From Octopus vulgaris (taxonomy: Eukaryota), in NCBI GenBank assembly GCA_951406725.2, contig OX597820.1, positions 81,034,001-81,098,000 on the forward strand: a stretch of DNA of 64,000 bases, given 5' to 3'. Shown here in pieces: positions 12,861-26,844 of the stretch. Under the pieces are notes generated by a model, which was not told the origin of the DNA, made no database searches, and saw nothing but the letters and a program-made list of their open reading frames with translations. The translations under genes and the position numbers were made by a program. How positions within the stretch are numbered: the first letter of the stretch is position 1; each line of letters starts with the position of its first letter.

Positions 12861-13576
12861 CAGTAGAAATCTATGGATGTACAAACGGAGAAAACGAAAC
12901 AAATATGGACGACTTGTTCAGAAACACCTGTGAGTGGGGAACAGTTCTCAAAATTAGCCCCCAATTGTCTTCCCCTAAAATTCCTATGTCCTCAGAATCT
13001 ACATAGTCTGCGGTATATTTGTAAAGAATTTCATTAAAAAATATCCATTTTCTTGAAAGTTAAGATGAATTGAAGTGGACTCCAGTGAATTTTCAGAAAT
13101 TTTCCCAAAACTCCTCTTAACCCCCCCCCCCCCCTCACTAAATTTTGTATATTCAGAATCTACATGATATAACATATTTGTAGACAATTTCATTAAAAAA
13201 TATCCATTTTTCTGAAAGTTATGATCATCCAAAGTCGGGGAGGTGCAGAAATCAGATCTTTTCAGATCCCAGAAATCTGTAGTTATGCCTTTGAATCTTC
13301 AAAAAAGATTTCAATATAAACTTTCAGACAAAAAGGTCAAAAAGAAACAAAAAAATATTCTGTGTATCTTCTCAGCTGCAAAAGCCCTTGTATCAATGAT
13401 GGAATTTTTTTCTTACCTTTTTGCTGAATTCACAAACTGACAGATGGAAATAAAATGACCTGTTAAATTTCATCTCTGTTCATATATATATATATATATA
13501 CATGTGTGTGTGTGTGTGTTTGCATTACCAGTACCATAAATCTCTCTCTATTCTTCTATCTGTCTCCCTCTCTGTC

Positions 13577-13607
<31 letters not shown>

Positions 13608-14046
13608 CTCTCTTTCTGCTTCTTTCTCTTCCTTCACTGTTACTACCCCTTACTTCCACTCCATTTCAACTCAGTCAGTTCTTTCATCCCTCACTGTTGT
13701 CAGAGATAAGGGTCAATACTCTTAGACATACCTACACACATAAGTCTGTCTCTAGTTTATTTCTCCATAGGGAATTAAGATGGCATTGCTTTCAGTACTG
13801 ACCAGTTCTATACTACATAAATGCACGCACATGCACACACATACAAACACCACTGAATCAAAGGAAATAATCTAATCCATCTTAAGTGACATCATCCACA
13901 GAAGGGATGTAAAGATTTTTTTTATTTAAGAACTCCTTTTTAAATTGTCCTCTTTCTCTATTGGTGTACTAAACATTGTGTATAACTCTACGCATGCTTC
14001 ACCAAAATGTTACCATGCCCCACCAAAATATTACCCACGTTGAGAA

Positions 14047-17000
14047 TCACAGCCTTAGACAGAAATAATTACAGAGGTGTCAAATTGTTGGATCAAGTGA
14101 TGAAAGTTATGGAGAGGGTCATAGCCCAACTAATTAGAGAGAGAGTTAGTTTCGATGAAATGCAGTTTGGGTTTGTGTCAGGGAGAAGCACCACTGATGC
14201 TGTATTTCTGGTAAGGCAGTTGCAGGAGAAATATTTGGTCATTCCATAAATAATCTTTTTTTTACACTTCTTTTACTTTTCAAAATTAAGATAAAGTTCT
14301 TTTTTAGTCTAAAATATACTCTCCTTCATTTTCTACAATGCTCTTCCATCTTTCTTGTAGACTTGCAAGGCCTCTTTTCTAAAATTCACTTGTCTTTGAT
14401 GAAAAATACTCCTCCAGTACTGTCCTCACCTAGTCTACAGAATTCATATTTTTTCTGTCCAAATGATTTTGAAGACTGTGGAATAAATGATAATCAGATG
14501 GGTCAATGTCCAATGAATATGGTGGGTAGGGCATCGTTTCCCATTCAAACTGCTCTAGCCTTTGGAATGTCACCCTTGCTGTATGTCTGTATGTGACCAA
14601 GCATTATATTAATGGAAGAACACCTTTCGTCTTGAAACCAAAGATGGTCATTTTTCTTCTAGCGCTGACTTAAGCTGCTCAAGCTGCTTGCAGTAGATCT
14701 CCTTTGTTATCATTTGGTTTGTGTTTAAAAGTTCAAAGTGGACTAAACCTTGCATGTCCCACCAAATGTATTACAACACCTTACATGGGGTACCAGTTTT
14801 TCTCCTTTCCCTACCCATTGTCTTTGGTGCTTGACATTTTTGTAGGGAACTCATTTCTCATCTCCAGTCATTATTCAGTCCAAAAAAAAAAAGGTTTATT
14901 TGTGAGATGTGACAGCCAAGAAGAGCACATATTCATTTTCTGTACATGATTAGACTTGGAAAGTTTGTGAGGAATTCATTCACCCAATTTGCTGACTTTT
15001 CTGATGGCATGCAGGTGTCAATGAATGGTGGAATGACCAAATCCAAGCTTCTCTGCTAGTTCCTCAACAGTTATGATGAGGTTTTGTTCCACCAGGGTTT
15101 GCAGGACATCCTTGTTGAGCTCTACAGATCTTCAAGGATGAGGCTCGTCTTCTAGGCTGTAGTTTCTAGTTTTGAATTTCTGGAACCACCATTGAGACTG
15201 GCTTATGCTTATTGTCTGATCCCCATATACTGCATCAATATTCCTTGCACTTTTCATTGCGTTGTTGCCTTTATTGAACTCATAAAGCAAAATATGCCGA
15301 ATACGTCCCTTTGTCACTTCCATTATAGTTTTGAAAAAATAACTCTTAAAATCGAACTGCACTCTTCAAAACTTGCACTAAAAATAGAGACAAGGTAAAA
15401 TTACTCCCTGCTATAAATAGCAAGTTGATGCAGGTAGTTTATCTCATCCCACTCCGACTTTTAGTTCATGCAATTGAAAAGAACTGCATTATTTATGGGA
15501 TGACCCAAAACATAGCCAAAGATAAAACTCAGTACTTGGCTTTTGTTGACTTGAAGAAAGCCTTTGACTGGGTCTCCCGATCCTTTATCTGGTGATCAAT
15601 GAGGAAACAAGGGATAGATGAGTGGTTGGTGATATCTGTACAAGCCATGTACAGTGACACTTTTAGTAAGGTGAGAATTGACAATGAGTACAGTAAAGAA
15701 TTCAGGGTACAAGTAGGGGTTCATCAAAGATTAGTCCTCATCTTCATCATAGTCCTTCAGACAATAACAGAGGGATTCAAGACAGGCTGCACCTGGGAGC
15801 TCCTTTATGCTGATGACCTTGTTCTTTTAGCTGAATCACTACCAGAACTAGAGAAGAAGTTTCAGGTATGGAAGCAAAGTCTAGAATTGAAGGACCTTAG
15901 AATTAACCTAGCAAAAACTAAAGTCTTAGAGAATAGGAAGGCAGACAAATCACAAATCCCTTCAGGTAGATGGCACTGCTCGATGTGTAGAAAAGCATAG
16001 GTAGAAGCAACATAATATGTACCCAATGTAAGCTATGGATACATAAGAGGTGCAGCAATATCAGAGGAAGGTTAACAGCGGAAGATGCACAGGTACAATA
16101 AACACTGAAAATGTACAGAAAATAGACTCCATCAACTGCAAGGGGTGTAAGCTAGAGGTAATAGACAGGTTCTGTTATCTAAGTGACAAAGTTAAAAGCA
16201 GAGGTAGATGCTCTGAGAATGTAGCTGTGAGAATAAGAAAAGGCTGGGAAAAGTTCAGAGATCTCCTATCTCTGCTGGCAACAAAAGCCTCTCTCCCAGA
16301 GTGAAAGGCAGATTGTATGATGCCTGTGTGTGAACAGCAATGCCACATAGCAGTGAAGCATGGTCTGTGACAACCGAGGCCATGCGTAGGCTTGAAGGAA
16401 ATGAAGCTTTGCTGGATGTGTAATGTCAGTGCACATGTACAACAGAGTGTAAGCATCTTGAGAGGAAAGTTGGACATAAGAAGCATTAGATGTGGTATGC
16501 AAGAGAGATGACTGTGCTGGTATAGTTATGTGATGCGCATCATAAAGACAGCTGTGTAAAGAAGTGCTGATTTCTAACTGTGGAGGGAACACATGGTAGA
16601 GGTAGACTCAGGAAGACATGGGATGAGGTGGTGAAGCATGATCTTTGAACTTTGGGCCTCACAGAGGCAGTAACTAGTGACTGAGACTTTTGGCAATATG
16701 CTGTACTTGAGAAGACCTGTCAAGCCAAGTAAAATCATAGTCGTAGCCAATGCTGGGGTCATTTAACTGGCATATAAAAAGCACCTTCCAAGCGTTGGAC
16801 CACATGGAGGCAAAATGGCTGATGCTGGTGGCACATGAAAAGCTTCTTTTGAGTGTTGGGCCTCATGGAAATAATGACAAATGACCAAGACCTTGGCATG
16901 ATGTCATGCTTGATAAGACTCATCAAGCCAAGTAAAATTGCAGTTGTGACAGATACTGGTGTGATGCAAATGGCACCCATGCCAGTGGCACACAAAAGCA

Positions 17001-17062
17001 TCCATTATACTCTCAGAGCAGTTGGTGTTAGGAAAGGTATCCAGCTGTAGAAACCATGATGA
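14047..17062 (+). mobile_element. RTE LINE (RT, C-terminus and 3'UTR), interrupted by a mariner
   Basis: NYRGVKLL...QFGFVSGRSTTDAVFLVRQLQEKY | mariner | AKDKTQYLAFVDLKKAFD...GVHQ...LLYADDLVL. Multiple frameshifts; ends in the shared 3'UTR. Confidence 0.92.
14234..15508 (-). mobile_element. Near full-length decayed mariner transposon nested in the RTE LINE
   Basis: TIRs TTTGGTCATTCCATAAATAAT / ATTATTTATGGGATGACCCAA; TA at left. Transposase remnants MEVTKGRIRHILLYEFNKGNNA...WFQKFK...SLEDEP and PSDYHLFHSLQNHL...RWKSIVENEGEY. Length ~1.28 kb. Confidence 0.92.
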
Positions 17063-17099
17063 TGAATTAATACATAATTATTTAATTATGAAATTAAAA

Positions 17100-18953
17100 T
17101 ACAGAGGCTCCTACCTCTGCTGGCAACAAAGGGCCTCTGCCTCAGAGTGAAAGGCAGACTGTATGATGTCTGTGTGAGAACAGCTATGCTACATGGCAGT
17201 GAGACATGGGTTGTGACAGCTGAGGACATGCATAGGCTTGAAAGAAATGAAGCCAGTATGCTTCGCTGCTTGTGCAATGTCAGTGTGCATGTACAACAGA
17301 GTGTAAGCATCTTGAGAGAAAAGAGGCATCAGATGTGGTAGTATGCATGAGAGATGACTGTGCTTTCGGGTGCAGATAAATGGAGATCTCTACATGGAGA
17401 TGAATTCCTGCTGTGGAATTCCCCAGGGGTTGTTGCTGGGGCCAATACTTTTCCTTCTCTATATCAATGACCTGCCAGATTTTCTTGATGGAAGAGTCCT
17501 CCTATTTGCAGATGACGTCAAACTTGTCTCACCTAGAAATCAATACGACATGCTCCAATCGTCGCTGAACCAAGCTTGGAATTGGGCGGAAGAATGGGAT
17601 CTGCCCTTGAATGCCTCAAAATGCTGCCATTTGCCAATAGGTTCACCTCCAAATTCTCCCTTGACTATTGGCTTCAAACACCAACATCTTTAGATGGTCA
17701 CTGAAGAAAAGGATCTTGGCATAATGATCGATACTACTTTCAAACCAACATGTCAGTGTATAGAGGCAGCAAACAAAGCCTGAAGGAATCTTTTCCTCAT
17801 CTGCCAGTCTTTTGTCAACCTTTCAATGGATGTTTTTCGGCCTTTATATGCCACTTTAGTTTGACTCATCCTCGAATATTGCATCTGGGCCTCAAATCCC
17901 TATCTCCAGAAAGACATTCAGCACCAGGAATGGGTTCAGCACTTAGCCACCTGAATGGTTGTGGGCTTGTCTAAGCTTTACATATGAGGAATATCTCCAA
18001 TGGCTGGCATTACCTTCACTCAAATGACGGAGGATGCATGGAGATCTCACTCTGGCTTCCAACATCTTCAATGGGAATGTAAACCCACCATTTGTGGAAT
18101 TTTTCACACCTCTGCTGGATAGAGGTCTTTGCGGGCATGATCGCAAACTCTATCTCCGACACTTTTGACTTGATAGGCAGAAGGCTGCATTCTCCGTCCG
18201 TATTCTCAGTCATTCAACTGCCCACCACTCCCCTATTCAAAGAGGCTCTGGACAACTGTGGTGACTATGCATAAAACTGTATATAACAACTTTTTTTTTT
18301 TACATGGCTTAAGCAAATTGTGCTCTTCCCCTGCCAATAAATTTAAATTGATTTGATTTGATTCGATATGGATGAGGAGAGCTGCGTAAAGAAGTGCTGA
18401 TCTCTAACTGTGGAGGGAACCTGTAATAAAGGTAGACCCAGGAAAACATGGGACAAGGTGGTGACCTTTGGACATCATGGAGGCAATGACTACTGACCAA
18501 GACCTTTGGCAATATGCTCTGCTTGAGAAGACCCATCAAGTCAAGTGAAATCATAGTCATGGCCGATGCTGGAGTCATGTAACGACACGTAAAAACACCT
18601 TTCTAGTATTGGGCTTCACAGAGCTAAGGCAGCATATGCTGGTGGCACATGAAAAGCACCTTTTTTGAGTGTTGGGCCATGTGGAGGCAATGACAAATGA
18701 CCAAGATCTTTGGCATTATACCGTGCTTGAGAAGAAGACCCATCAAGCCAAATAAAACCAGTTATGGCAGATACTAGCGTCACGCAAATGGCATTCATGC
18801 CAGTGGCATGTAAAAGCACCCATTACAATATCAGAGTGGTTGGCATTAGGAAGGGCATTCAGCTGTAGAAACCATATCCAATCAGACTTGTCAGCCCTGG
18901 TCAAACCATCCAATCCAGGCCAGTATGGACAACTGTTGTTAAATGATGATGAT
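17100..18953 (+). mobile_element. Second RTE LINE 3' fragment, split by a CR1-like insertion
   Basis: KGRLYDVCVRTAMLHGSETW...RLERNEASMLR (17147-17341). Resumes at ~18367 (MDEESCVKKC...TVEGTC...GRPRKTW) and continues through the 3'UTR to (GAT)n. Confidence 0.85.
17365..18366 (+). mobile_element. 5'-truncated CR1/L2-type LINE
   Basis: GIPQGLLLGPILFLLYINDLPD...LLFADDVKL...WDLPLNASKC and EKDLGIMID. Ends AATAAA...(GATTT)n. Confidence 0.85.
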
Positions 18954-19057
18954 ATATAATGTATGTATATCATGCATTTCAATTTCTCCAGTTTTTATCT
19001 CATCTTTGCAGTTTTTCTCATTACCTTTGCACCATGTATATGTGTGTGTATATATAG

Positions 19058-19094
<37 letters not shown>

Positions 19095-19272
19095 GCAGAA
19101 AAGCTGCCTTCTGGGTGGTTTTTCCACAAGCCACATAATATTTTCATATTTGATTCCCTATTTGAGTAATTTTTCTCATATTTTGTTTGCCTTCATATAT
19201 ATTACATCTAATTTTCCTTTGTATCCTTTATTTATCTTGTAAACATAAATATTTCTTTCATTATTTTCTGAA

Positions 19273-19552
19273 GTGCCGCCCCGACTGGCCTCCGTGCCAG
19301 TGGCACGTAAAAAGTACCATCTGATTGTGGCCGTTGCCAGCCTCGTCTGGCACCTGTGCCGGTGGTACGTAAAAAGCACCCACTATACTCACGGAGTGGT
19401 TGGCGTTAGGAACAGCATCCAGCTGTAGAAACACTGCCAGATCAGACTGAGCCTGGTGCAGCCTTCTGGCTTCCCAGACCCAAGTTGAACCATCCAACCC
19501 ATGCTAGCATGGAAAGCGGATGTTAAACGATGATGATGATGATGATGATGAT
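19273..19552 (+). mobile_element. RTE LINE 3'UTR copy
   Basis: Conserved body and (GAT)n tail. Confidence 0.85.
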
Positions 19553-20104
19553 TTTATCTCTCTTTTAAACAGACTTCAAGTTAGCCCAACTACATGGTTG
19601 TTTAGCAAGCTAGAAATAGCAGGGATTATGTGGGTATATTCAAAGGGCATATCAAACAACTGTATGAATAAATTTACCTCTGATTTCTTTTTTCAAATTA
19701 TGCCAATATCTATCAAAAATTTAATTTTAATGAAAACTCTTTAACAAATTCTAGAAGTGCAGTTTTCTGCAAGTCACTAAATAATATTCCCATTTTGTGT
19801 ACTTTTTCTGATATGTTTAATTTCCCTTTGTATCCTTTATTAATCTAATACCACTCAATAAATAAATTTACAATAATTGCTAGCATTTAAAAAAACATCA
19901 AAATTTATGAAGAAATCAGGTATAACCATGTCTTAGTTGTGTAAAAGTCCTCAATTTATTTTATATATACATATCATCAGATTTTATGACAATGAACTGG
20001 AATGTAACATTTAGCATGTATTGGAAAAAATCATATTGGAAACTTTACTGCAGTTTTGAACTCATGTGACCATATAACATATTCTTTCCTCTGCATTACT
20101 TTTT

Positions 20105-20149
<45 letters not shown>

Positions 20150-20330
20150 GGCCTGTATAATCACACAATAGAATAAAGGTGGAAGGAAAACAGAGAGAGA
20201 GAGAAAGAGGGAAGGACAGCACTGCTAGGAAAGAAAATAAAAGGAATAGAGTCCAGGGAAAAGATAAAAGTTGTATATTGAACTGAAAAATTCTAATATG
20301 GAAACAAATAGCACTGCATTTATATTATAT

Positions 20331-20562
20331 TTATTTCTTTATTGCCCACAAGGGGGCTAAACATAGAGGGGACAAAGACAGACAAAGGGATTAAGTCGAT
20401 TATATCGACCCCCAGTGCATAACCGGTACTTATTTAATCAACCCTGAAAGGATGAAAGACAAAGTTGACCTCAGTGGAATTTGAACTCAGAATGTAATGG
20501 CAGATGAAATACTGCTAAGCATTTTGCCCAGTGTGCTAACAATTCTGCCAGCTTGCCACCCT
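20331..20562 (-). mobile_element. tRNA-derived SINE (family 1), CpG-decayed copy
   Basis: Colinear with 3064-3300 but with most CpG converted to TpG/CpA. Confidence 0.85.
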
Positions 20563-23500
20563 ATGTATATATATATATATTATGTATATTATATTATATG
20601 GCATGTATATTATATTATACACACTTGTGTATAACTGAATGAAATTTTTATGTAAGTGATAGTAGCACCCTCACAAGACAACGGTTTGATAAGTTTGTCT
20701 CTTTCATTTTCTCTTTTCACCTAACCTTAGAATTTACTTCCACTGTATCTATCATCTTTGTTAATTTTCTTGTTTTCTCCAACATTATCAGCAATATCCA
20801 ACTCATTGTCCACTTCACACCTGCAACTACTCTTCTCTCATCCCAAGTACACTAAATTTGCTATACCATCATCTCACTTTCTTTGGTTTCATTGTATTAT
20901 TGATTTGGATTTTGAATCTCAGTGTGGAAGAATATGATATTTCTTCCTGAATTGAGGTACCTTCAATCAGTAGTGGACCCCACACTCCATTGAGCCTAAG
21001 ACATCGATGGTGACATTGCTCTCATACTCTCTTTATGCACAAGCCAAATTCCACTCACCTACCTTCCTTCCATTGAGACTAACATTCATCTGCAGCTTCT
21101 GAATCCTATATTCTAACCCCACAACTGGTCTGGACCTACCTGCATCACCTCTCATGGCCTTCAAAATAATAGGAACCAAGGCAACCCCTAATCAGAAGCT
21201 CTACAGCATCCAGTCATAACAATCAGGTACATTTAATATCCATCCCTACATTAACAACACTACAACTGCCACAAAACCTAAAGCAGCATCACATGATCCA
21301 AATTTTCTGCTGAAAATTTCCCAACCTCATATATTGCATCATCTGCAAACTTTGTGATGTTCTTAACCTCCAAGAGCACAGTCAAAGCATACTATTACAT
21401 ATGCCTGATCAATCTGTCACTACCAGTACATTACAGGTACCTTCTGTCTGGTACCTTCAAGCACCATGGCTCCACAAAGGAAATAGAAAAAGCATTTCAT
21501 ATTCAAACTCAGAACTATGTCAGCAACAAATTTAATTGAACATTTTTCTCTTTTACACCTCCACCTCTCAGTTCAGTAACCCCATTCTTACCAGTCAGCT
21601 TTCCTCTCTCACCTAAGTTTTTCCCTGCACATCACCCATGCCTACATATTTTCTTCTTTTCTCAACTAGTTTCTCTCTCCTACTACTTCTTGTTCACATA
21701 TGAAGTTCACATTGTCTTGTGTTTACATTGTCTTGTGTTCTCAACAGTTTCTCAAACATAGATGTAAAATTCTGTTTTATTTCTCTCTTGTCATCTTTAC
21801 CCAAAAGAAGTACTCAGTCCAAAATGGTGGATTCGCTACTTCCTACAACAATTTCACTGAGTTCTTTCTGCTGCTTCATGTATGTGTGCACACACACACA
21901 CACATACACGCACATGCACACACACACATTATATACATGTCACTTGCATATAAAAATGAGACAAAAAGTACTCAATATACATTGTAGAGTTTATTAATTC
22001 ATTCAAAGCTGAGGTATTACTCTTGTTACTCTGAGTTTCTCCATTTCTTGCATGCTGCTTTAAAGAGTGTCATGGAGAAGGGTAACTTGTGACACATTGA
22101 AGACTCAGTTGAGAACAAATGAATATCTATCTATCTAACTATCTATCTATATTTCTATCTATCTATCTATCAATCTATCTACACACACACACACACACAC
22201 ACATGTATGTATGTATACACACACACATATACATGCATGCATACAGAGGATGTTTAGAAAAATTTAATGGTGTAAAATTTGTAATTTCACTGTTGAAAGT
22301 TAACAACAAATTGTTTCTAAAAATCATTTTATATATTGCCAAAAGAAAATTTCATTTGAAACTGCAAATAATTATTAATAAATGCAATCTGTTGAAATTT
22401 GTGTTAAAAATATTGAATAATTAAAGTAATTAAAAGACAATCACAAATGAAGTATTTTCAGTTGGAGAAATGTTGAATCATTTGAAAGACAAAATAGAAA
22501 AGAAAATCTGACATAGCTGCCAAAAGTGGGAAATGTTAATTATACATTCGATGCATAAATCATAGAATGGACTTATTATTATATAGTGGAATTCAGAAAA
22601 ACTGTTTCTAATGCAGTCAATTATATTGACCCCAGTATCTGACCGGGATTTATTTCACCAACCATGGAATGATAAAAGTTAATTTCAATAGGATTAGAAC
22701 TTAGAACATAAATGGACAGAAATAAAATTGCAAATCATTTTGACCATTGTTCCATTGATTCTGCCAAGTCGCTTGCTTTCTTAAAATGTGGAATGTTTTA
22801 AGAATTTGAAATGTATGTTTTTTAAAAAATAAAATTAGTTAAAATAGGTGAGACTGCATCTGTTACCTTTACAGAACATACTTTCGAGACAATTTGGTCA
22901 ATGTCCATGGCTTTCCTGTAGATCAAAAGCAGCTGTAAAAACATGGACAGTAGTGGACTGTCTGGTTGGAACAAAATTATCTGGTGAAAAAATCCAAAGA
23001 CCAAGTAGTGGTGTTAAACAGGGTGACATATTAGTTCTGTCATTCATAGGATTTTAAATGTTATTAACATTTGCTTTCTTTCAGTGCAGCAGAAAAAAAT
23101 GATTTTTGTTTCCTTTTTTTTGTATGTTTTTATCAGCTTAAGTTTGTAAAGGCTCTGGTTGTTTATCTCAAAAACAAAAATAATGAAAAGCTACTAAATG
23201 AGATGGTTATCATACATAACAAGTTTTTTTTTTTCATTCTATTAAGCTATAAATGAATCTACAAAACACTTCAGGTGATGTTTGGGGGTTTATTTATTTT
23301 TCTTAATGTTCATGTGAATAAGCAGGCTTTTGTTTTGGGTAAATACACTAGATGGAAGAATTTGCATTGAACATGTTGGAGTGTGGAGTCTGCTATGCTA
23401 ATATAACTGATTAGTGACAAAACCGCATGCACATATTTTTCACACTTGCACACAAGCACACAGATACATACACATACACATGCACACATACACACACACA

Positions 23501-23778
23501 CAAACACATACACACATCTGGGTTGTTCTACAAATGAGAGAGAGCATTCCAAACAAACTGTAAAGCATATATATTTCTACCAAGCATGTGATTCACTACT
23601 TACAGCTTATTGTTCTGCATTGTTAATTAAGAAATGAATTTAAGAGGAAACTGAGTGAGAAACTATGTGCTAGAACACAGTGGGTCACAAGCTTCATTAA
23701 ATATATACATATATATAAAAGACTATATATAGTCTCTTATTTCTCTCTTAGTTTCAGCCAGAGGCTGTGGTTATGGGT

Positions 23779-23860
<82 letters not shown>

Positions 23861-24012
23861 AATGTGTAACAAAGATGTACAGGTGTCATTTCTGACAATT
23901 CTTTGTGTTACAACATTGAAGAGTTACATCATCTCTTTTCAAAATGCAATTCATGCCATTCATTATGGCCGTTTCAAGTGGTGCCTCAATGAAATCTTAA
24001 TTTTATATACAT

Positions 24013-24047
<35 letters not shown>

Positions 24048-24178
24048 CATGTATATATATATATATATACGTACGTATATGTATATATATATATGTATAT
24101 ATATATGTATTTATATGTATGTATATTTATATGTATGTATATATATATGTATATATGTATATATATATATATATATAT

Positions 24179-24434
24179 ATGAACAATTAAATTACCCCAT
24201 CTAGAAAATTACATATAATAGAAATATTAAAATTAAAATAACAATAAAATACCAATGATTAAGTAAATTGCAAAAAAAATAATAAAAACGTATATAATTG
24301 GTATATAGTACATATATAATACGTTTTTATAATTTTATTATTTTTTTGCAATTTACTTAATCATTGGTATTTTATTCTTATTTTAATATCTCTATTATAT
24401 GTAATTTTCTAGATGGTGTAATTTAATTGTTCAT
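24179..24434. repeat. ~255-bp AT-rich imperfect palindrome between (TA)n tracts; related sequence at ~32590-32750
   Basis: ATGAACAATTAAATTACCCCATCTAGAAAATTACATATAATAG... vs ...CTATTATATGTAATTTTCTAGATGGTGTAATTTAATTGTTCAT. Confidence 0.85.
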
Positions 24435-24461
24435 TTTGAATTGATAAAATGTGATTCTTTC

Positions 24462-24515
<54 letters not shown>

Positions 24516-25161
24516 TATATTGTGTGAAATTTGATTTAGTATTTCTAAATTGAATTTTTTCCCTGTAAGTTAGGATTCATATTAGGAAGGGCATCCAGCT
24601 GTAAAAACATTTGCCAGATCAGACTGGGCCTGGTGCAGCCTCCATGGCTTACCAGATCCCAGTTGAACCGTCCAACCCATGCCATCATGGAAAGCGGACG
24701 GCTGGGTGCCATTGCCAATTTCCAACTAAGGTAATAGTTCTTCATGACTGTATGTGTTTTCATGGAAGTTTGAAAATGAGTGATATTACTTATACCACAG
24801 CGATAATTTTTTACAACTAGCACATATGTAAAAAAAAAGCGGTGCAAAAACTCACACAAACATATATGTACACAAATGGGTTAATTTATTTCCATCAGCC
24901 AAATATACTCACAAGGTTTTTATTGGCCTAAGGCTATAGCTGAAGACACTTACCCAAAGCACTCTGCAGTGAGATTGAACTTGAAACCAGGTGGCTGGAA
25001 AGCAAACTTCTTAACCAGAAAGCCATGCCTGCACACACACAAATACACATTTATATATATACACACACACACACATACTCTTTTACTTGTTTCAGTCATT
25101 TGACTGTGACCATGCTGGAGCACTGCCTTTAGTCGACCAAATCAATATATATTATATATAC

Positions 25162-25462
25162 ACATGCCCTAATGGTTAGAGCAGCAGACTCGTGGTCAAG
25201 GGATCAGGGGTTCAAATCTCAGGACAGGCAATGTGTATGTTTTTGAGCGAAAACGTCTAAGTTCCATGTGGCTCCAGCAGAAGGTAATGGTGAACTTCTA
25301 CTGACTCTTTCACCCCAACTTTCTCTTATTCTTTCCTCCTGCATCTAATAGCTCACCTGCGACGGACCAGCGTCCCATCCAGCTGGGGAACCTATATACC
25401 AATGAAACTGGGAAAGCAGCCCTTATGAGCCCAGTATGACTCGAGAAGGAACAAACAACAAC
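25162..25462 (+). mobile_element. tRNA-derived SINE (family 4)
   Basis: A-box-like CCTAATGGTTAGAGC, B-box GGTTCAAATCTC, internal CCTGCGACGGACCAGCGTCCCATCCAG, (AAC)n tail. Confidence 0.7.
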
Positions 25463-26596
25463 ATATATCATAAATATACGCACATATATACATTATATAA
25501 AGGAGTTTACATCAGGGTAACTCCAGGAAATAGGTATATACTCTGAATGCTCAAATTGGTATGCCACCAAAATTCCAGTTGAAACTGCAGTTGAAGATAT
25601 GATTTTGTAACTGCCTTTCTAAAGTGACTAGAAGTGGCTTTCTCTTGAGCTGGTAGGTATATATATTAAAGTAGAAAAGAAAAGGCAAAGAGTTTGGCAA
25701 GACTTGACAGGTACATTTAATTTAAGTATATAATAAAAGTATGAGATAATCTCTAACAGATCACAACAATTATCATTGACGGGGAATATTCTTTCACCAT
25801 TACATTTAACTATTAACTATCTCTCTCAAATGACGGGATACTTAGCCTATGGAATCCTTGCTCAGCATGATGTTCCAATAGCTGGGATATTCTAGAAACA
25901 GCTGTTAGAGACTATGTAAACCTTTTATTATACAGCTAAATTAAATGTCCTTGTCAATTCTTGCTAAACTGTTTGCCTTTTCTTTTCTACTTTAATATAT
26001 ATATTTATACACACATTCACATATGCATATAGATATACACACACACACGTGTGAGAGTGTACATACATATATGCTTCATGTATTATGTGAATGTATTTTT
26101 ATGGATAGATATATAAATCAATATATATACATACATATATGGTCAAATGCAAACTTAAATAACATGTATAGCGATGTATTTGTGAGTGTATAAAGAGATA
26201 TATATGTACACACGCACACAAATATAAAACATAAATGCACATCCATACACACACACAAACAAGAACTCTAAAGTCCACAAAATTTTGTGGAATTTTAAGA
26301 AGGCATTTTCTATGGCTTACATTAAACTGGAGGGGTGGGGGAAATGCAAAAAAAAAGCAAACAAAAAGAAATGTAAATAATATCAAGTTTAAAAAATGTA
26401 AACTAATACCTTGTTTAATGTTCATGGAAATGTGTATTTTTTTTATTTCATAAAAAGTGATTCTGATTTTGTTGAATATCTATTATAAAATAAACCATTC
26501 TTTGAAAATAAAAGATAAATAAATGCTAGAGTTATAGGATCTGATATTTTTTTTAATAATGTATTGCTGCCACTTCAGCTCACATTACCAGTAATT

Positions 26597-26844
26597 TTAA
26601 ATTATTTCTTGTTTTTTGGGTCGGAAGTAAACATATTTGGTCAACATTGAAACAATACATGGCATTTGTTTCTTTTTAGATGTGAAATCTTCATTGGTAC
26701 ATGATTCAAAGTCATAAGCCACAATGTGATTGACCAATGTTAACATGTGCATTAGCTCCATTTCTTTTCCATGGTTCTCCAAAATAATACATAGTGCCTG
26801 GATAAACCAGGAACCTTCCTCATTATTACGCCAAGAATAATAAC
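26597..26844 (-). CDS. Caspase-3/7-like effector caspase, last coding exon (small subunit)
   Basis: ttttag|GT TAT TAT TCT TGG gives (G)YYSWRNNEEGSWFIQALCIILENHGKEMELMHMLTLVNHIVAYDFESCTNEDFTSKKKQMPCIVSMLTKYVYFRPKKQEII*. SWR, GSWFI and KQMPCIVSMLTK are caspase-3/7 hallmarks. Phase 1 matches the donor at 46101. Confidence 0.96.

Noticed and set aside
23783-24182. YI/IY-repeat ORFs here and elsewhere
   Set aside because: Translations of (TA)n/(CA)n microsatellites.
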